The notes beneath the pieces are model-generated. The model made no database searches. It saw only the letters and a program-made list of their open reading frames with translations, and was not told the origin of the DNA. The position numbers and the translations under genes were made by a program. From an uncultured bacterium (GTDB lineage: Bacteria; Fidelibacterota; UBA2242): DNA of 64,000 nt. Position 1 is the first letter of the stretch. Each line of letters starts with the position of its first letter. The DNA is taken from the NCBI GenBank assembly GCA_964589175.1, contig CAZPRY010000014.1, positions 6,779-70,778 of the forward strand, in the 5' to 3' direction. Shown piece by piece: positions 61,281-64,000 of the stretch.

Positions 61281-63363
61281 TCGATTTTCTCCCTATGCTT
61301 TTACGATTAATTCTTCCAATATACATCTCCAGGCAGGCCATCAGGATAACCAGCAACAGGAGATAGCCGCTCCATTCCGAGCGTCCCAGCAATTCGCCGC
61401 CCGTCTCGTTCCCCGGGGAATAGATGGCCAGATTCACCGGGCGGTCTCCGGGAATTTTCCGTAATTGCTCCGCATTGTAAAATCCCGGCAGGGCTTCCGC
61501 CGGGTCAATATTGACCGCATAACGGCCACGTTTCTGCCCGGCCGCAAAAAACTCGTAAATCCCCGGTTCATCCGTCCGGGTAAAGATGAAGGTCTTGCGC
61601 TGCTCGTCCGGAGTCGGGATATAGCGACGGGCCGAGGGCGAAAGCACCAGCGGCTCTTTGAGCGGAGCGCCGTTTCCGGCCGGGATTTGCAGTGTATCGC
61701 CGGTTTGGTAATCCGAAGTCTGCAAGGAGAAGCCCGCCAGATAAAGCATCATCCGATGTAAGAGCACCGGGAAAAGACCGGTGATTTGCAAATCGGACCA
61801 GGCGCCGCTGCCGGACGTGGCGACGGTCAGGGCGCGGCCCTGCGCCAGCTGCGTTTCCATGATCAACGGCAGCCCGTTGCTGAAATTCATGAGCGCACGA
61901 TTTTCGCCGCCCAGATCGAATTCAGGAATGGTGAAAAAAAGCGGTGAATTGGCCGGATTGCCGGCGGCCCGCCACACCCCTTGAAAAAGCGGGTGCAGTT
62001 CGTCCAGCGAGCCGATTTTGAGGTATGCCTCCGACGCGGCTGAGCGACTGTTTGTCCAGCGCGGCAGCTGCAAATTCTCACTCCAGAGCGAATTATAACG
62101 ATTGATTTCGCAATCTTCCCCCGGAAAGACCAGAACGCCCTTGCCCTCATCCATATGATCCTCGACCTTGTGCAAAGCGCCGGCGCTCAATTCATCCACA
62201 TTCGAGAAAATCAGAACGCTGTAATCGCGGCAATCTTCCAGGGCAAACGAAGCCGGTGAAACAAAGGCAACGTCGATCAGTGAAGAATTTTCGAGGCGCA
62301 GGGCTTTGACCAGGAAGCGCCCGTCTTTCACCTGCGGACCGACAACCAGTACGCGCACAAGCTCGGGAATATTAATTTCGAAAAATCGCCGGTTATCATA
62401 AGGCAGATCGTCATCGGGTATCATTGCATAACCGCTAAGCATTCCGCCGCTGTTCGGGATAAACTGAAACGAAACGGCTTTGGATTCGAGCGGCTCCAGC
62501 CCGACGATCGTCTGGCCGATCCTTTCCCCCTCCAGAAACAGGGAAACGGGCACATCTTTGGCCCGATTCTCCCAGTTCCCGAGGACAACCTGCAGCTCCG
62601 AAATCTTGCCCTTCTCGTGCAATTGCCGCGGAATATCCAGACGTACGACAGCGGCGTTGCGTCCCTCCGGGAGCGCCGGGAACAGCACGGTCCGGGTTCC
62701 TTCCGTTTGCAATAAGCGCCGCATCGGATGCTCGCTTTGCTCCAAATCGCCCCAGGTTGATTTCTGAAAATCGCTGACGATCCAGACGCAATGCGAAGTT
62801 TCTTCTGAAACGGCCAGGTCGTCAAGAATGGAATTAAGAGCGGTCTTCAGCGAGCCGCCCCGCGCCTGCACTGTGATGCGCGCCAATTCCTGCTCCAGCT
62901 GTCCCGCATCACGCAGCAGACCCCGATCCTGGACAAATTTTGCCTGAGTCGATTCGACCAGCTTCAGTAAAACCGGGTACTCGACATCGATCGGAGCGCG
63001 CAAAATCCGGTGCAGTTCCCGTTGCAGAAGATCTTCGCCTTCAACCTGCATTGCCATCGAGGCGGAATTATCGACGACAAGATAGAGCGTCTCACCCTGG
63101 TTGAGCAACAGGCCGGGCACTCGATTCGTGCGATAGGGCCGGGCAAAACTCAATACCAGAAACAATAACAGCAATGTCCGGATAATCAGCAGAATAATCT
63201 GCCGTAGTTTCAATTTTTGGATCAGGTCCTGCTGCAACTCTTCCAGAAAGCGCAGCGAACTGAATTTTACCTGACGGTAACGGTTCCGGCCGAACAGGTG
63301 AATGATCGTTGGTAATGTCAGGACCGGTAAAAACCAGAGAAATTGGGGATATAGAAACGACAT
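61273..63363 (-). CDS. Hypothetical membrane protein with BatA-like N-terminal double-TM module and vWA-like region.
   Basis: MSFLYPQFLWFLPVLTLPTIIHLF…VKFSSLRFL N-terminus typical of the BatA/aerotolerance family. 696 aa. Confidence 0.4.
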   Translation of the reverse strand: MSFLYPQFLWFLPVLTLPTIIHLFGRNRYRQVKFSSLRFLEELQQDLIQKLKLRQIILLIIRTLLLLFLVLSFARPYRTNRVPGLLLNQGETLYLVVDNSASMAMQVEGEDLLQRELHRILRAPIDVEYPVLLKLVESTQAKFVQDRGLLRDAGQLEQELARITVQARGGSLKTALNSILDDLAVSEETSHCVWIVSDFQKSTWGDLEQSEHPMRRLLQTEGTRTVLFPALPEGRNAAVVRLDIPRQLHEKGKISELQVVLGNWENRAKDVPVSLFLEGERIGQTIVGLEPLESKAVSFQFIPNSGGMLSGYAMIPDDDLPYDNRRFFEINIPELVRVLVVGPQVKDGRFLVKALRLENSSLIDVAFVSPASFALEDCRDYSVLIFSNVDELSAGALHKVEDHMDEGKGVLVFPGEDCEINRYNSLWSENLQLPRWTNSRSAASEAYLKIGSLDELHPLFQGVWRAAGNPANSPLFFTIPEFDLGGENRALMNFSNGLPLIMETQLAQGRALTVATSGSGAWSDLQITGLFPVLLHRMMLYLAGFSLQTSDYQTGDTLQIPAGNGAPLKEPLVLSPSARRYIPTPDEQRKTFIFTRTDEPGIYEFFAAGQKRGRYAVNIDPAEALPGFYNAEQLRKIPGDRPVNLAIYSPGNETGGELLGRSEWSGYLLLLVILMACLEMYIGRINRKSIGRKSIG

Positions 63364-63481
63364 ATGGCTAGGGTTTAAAAACTCCTGAATTCAATTTTAT
63401 TCGATTCCCGGAAAAACAGGCGCGGAACAAGGCCTATCGTAACGCAGGATTGGGCGTGTGCCGGGGCGTGTGATTCGAATC

Positions 63482-64000
63482 TCATTGCGTCAATTTCGCG
63501 GATAACTGCCGGAAAGACTCAGCCGGTCGTCCACCGCTGAAAACGGCGGAACCGGCGACAATCAAATCCACCCCTTTTTCAACAGCCAGACCGACAGTTG
63601 CAAGATTTACGCCGCCGTCGATCTCGATCGGGAAGTGGTATTTCTGCTGATACGGTTTAGCCAAAGTGACTTTTTCAAGGGCTGATTCAATGATCTTTTG
63701 CCCGCCGAATCCCGGGTTGACGGTCATAACCAGCAGATGCTCGATTTCTTTCAGATAAGGTTCGATCGTCCTGAAGTCGGAGGGCGGATTGATTACGATG
63801 CCCGGCAAAGCGCCCATGTTCCGAATCGTCTGGAAATCAGCCAGGAGATCTTTGCTGGATTCGATATGAATGATGACCGTGTTGCTGCCGGCGTCGATAA
63901 AACTTTTCAGAAAGCGTTCCGGATTTTCGATCATGAGGTGCGCCTCCAGGTGCAGGTCGGTCACCCTGCGGATCGCCTCCACGATAAACGGTCCCAGCGT
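63482..64000 (-). CDS. rpe: Ribulose-phosphate 3-epimerase. The gene start lies beyond the window end.
   Basis: HLMIENPERF…MTVNPGFGGQK… The frame continues open to nt 64000 (…PFIVEAI). Confidence 0.85.
   Translation of the reverse strand, partial: TLGPFIVEAIRRVTDLHLEAHLMIENPERFLKSFIDAGSNTVIIHIESSKDLLADFQTIRNMGALPGIVINPPSDFRTIEPYLKEIEHLLVMTVNPGFGGQKIIESALEKVTLAKPYQQKYHFPIEIDGGVNLATVGLAVEKGVDLIVAGSAVFSGGRPAESFRQLSAKLTQ

Overview
The window is a GC-rich (about 55-60% by eye) bacterial chromosomal segment with tight gene spacing. Nearly all genes lie on the minus strand. The gene content points to an FCB-group organism with a type IX secretion system (T9SS), but the phylum is not assignable from sequence alone.

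The first 32.6 kb is an unusual accessory-like region. It holds at least eight large secreted proteins carrying T9SS C-terminal sorting domains. One of these has an MMP-like HEFGHHLGLGH zinc site. Interleaved with them are two paralogous PorV/PorQ-family outer-membrane proteins and two paralogous SusC-sized TonB-dependent receptors with carboxypeptidase-regulatory N-domains. Three rho-independent terminators split this region into transcription units.

A roughly 4-kb AT-richer island sits between two cargo genes at about 3.1-7.0 kb. It carries two genes. The first is a RelA/SpoT (alarmone-synthetase/toxSAS-fold) protein fused to a roughly 230-aa C-terminal extension whose last part looks like a winged helix; this is CapRel-like in architecture. 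The second is a beta-rich secreted protein. Each is preceded by a copy of a roughly 200-250-bp imperfect direct repeat, and one copy carries a tandem 44-bp GATAATTT-containing duplication. A 128-bp element with perfect 13-bp terminal inverted repeats lies between the two. No integrase, transposase or tRNA adjoins the island.

The remaining 31 kb is core housekeeping: clpP, tig, tRNA-Leu(UAG), secA, nusB, rimO, waaA, a polyprenyl synthase, tatC, a Crp/Fnr regulator, rpsT, guaB, hutH, a Memo-like protein, hflX and a partial rpe. Within it are several oddities:
- a single ORF fusing a complete PgsA-like CDP-alcohol phosphatidyltransferase domain to the FtsY NG domain;
- a roughly 10.5-copy tandem array of a 21-bp repeat, open in several frames, one of which encodes His-rich heptads, lying between the Memo-like gene and a third TonB-dependent receptor;
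- a mazEF toxin-antitoxin pair followed by a 13-bp inverted repeat;
- a GerW/YtfJ-DUF2953 pair.

No rRNA, CRISPR array or recognisable transposase/integrase was seen.
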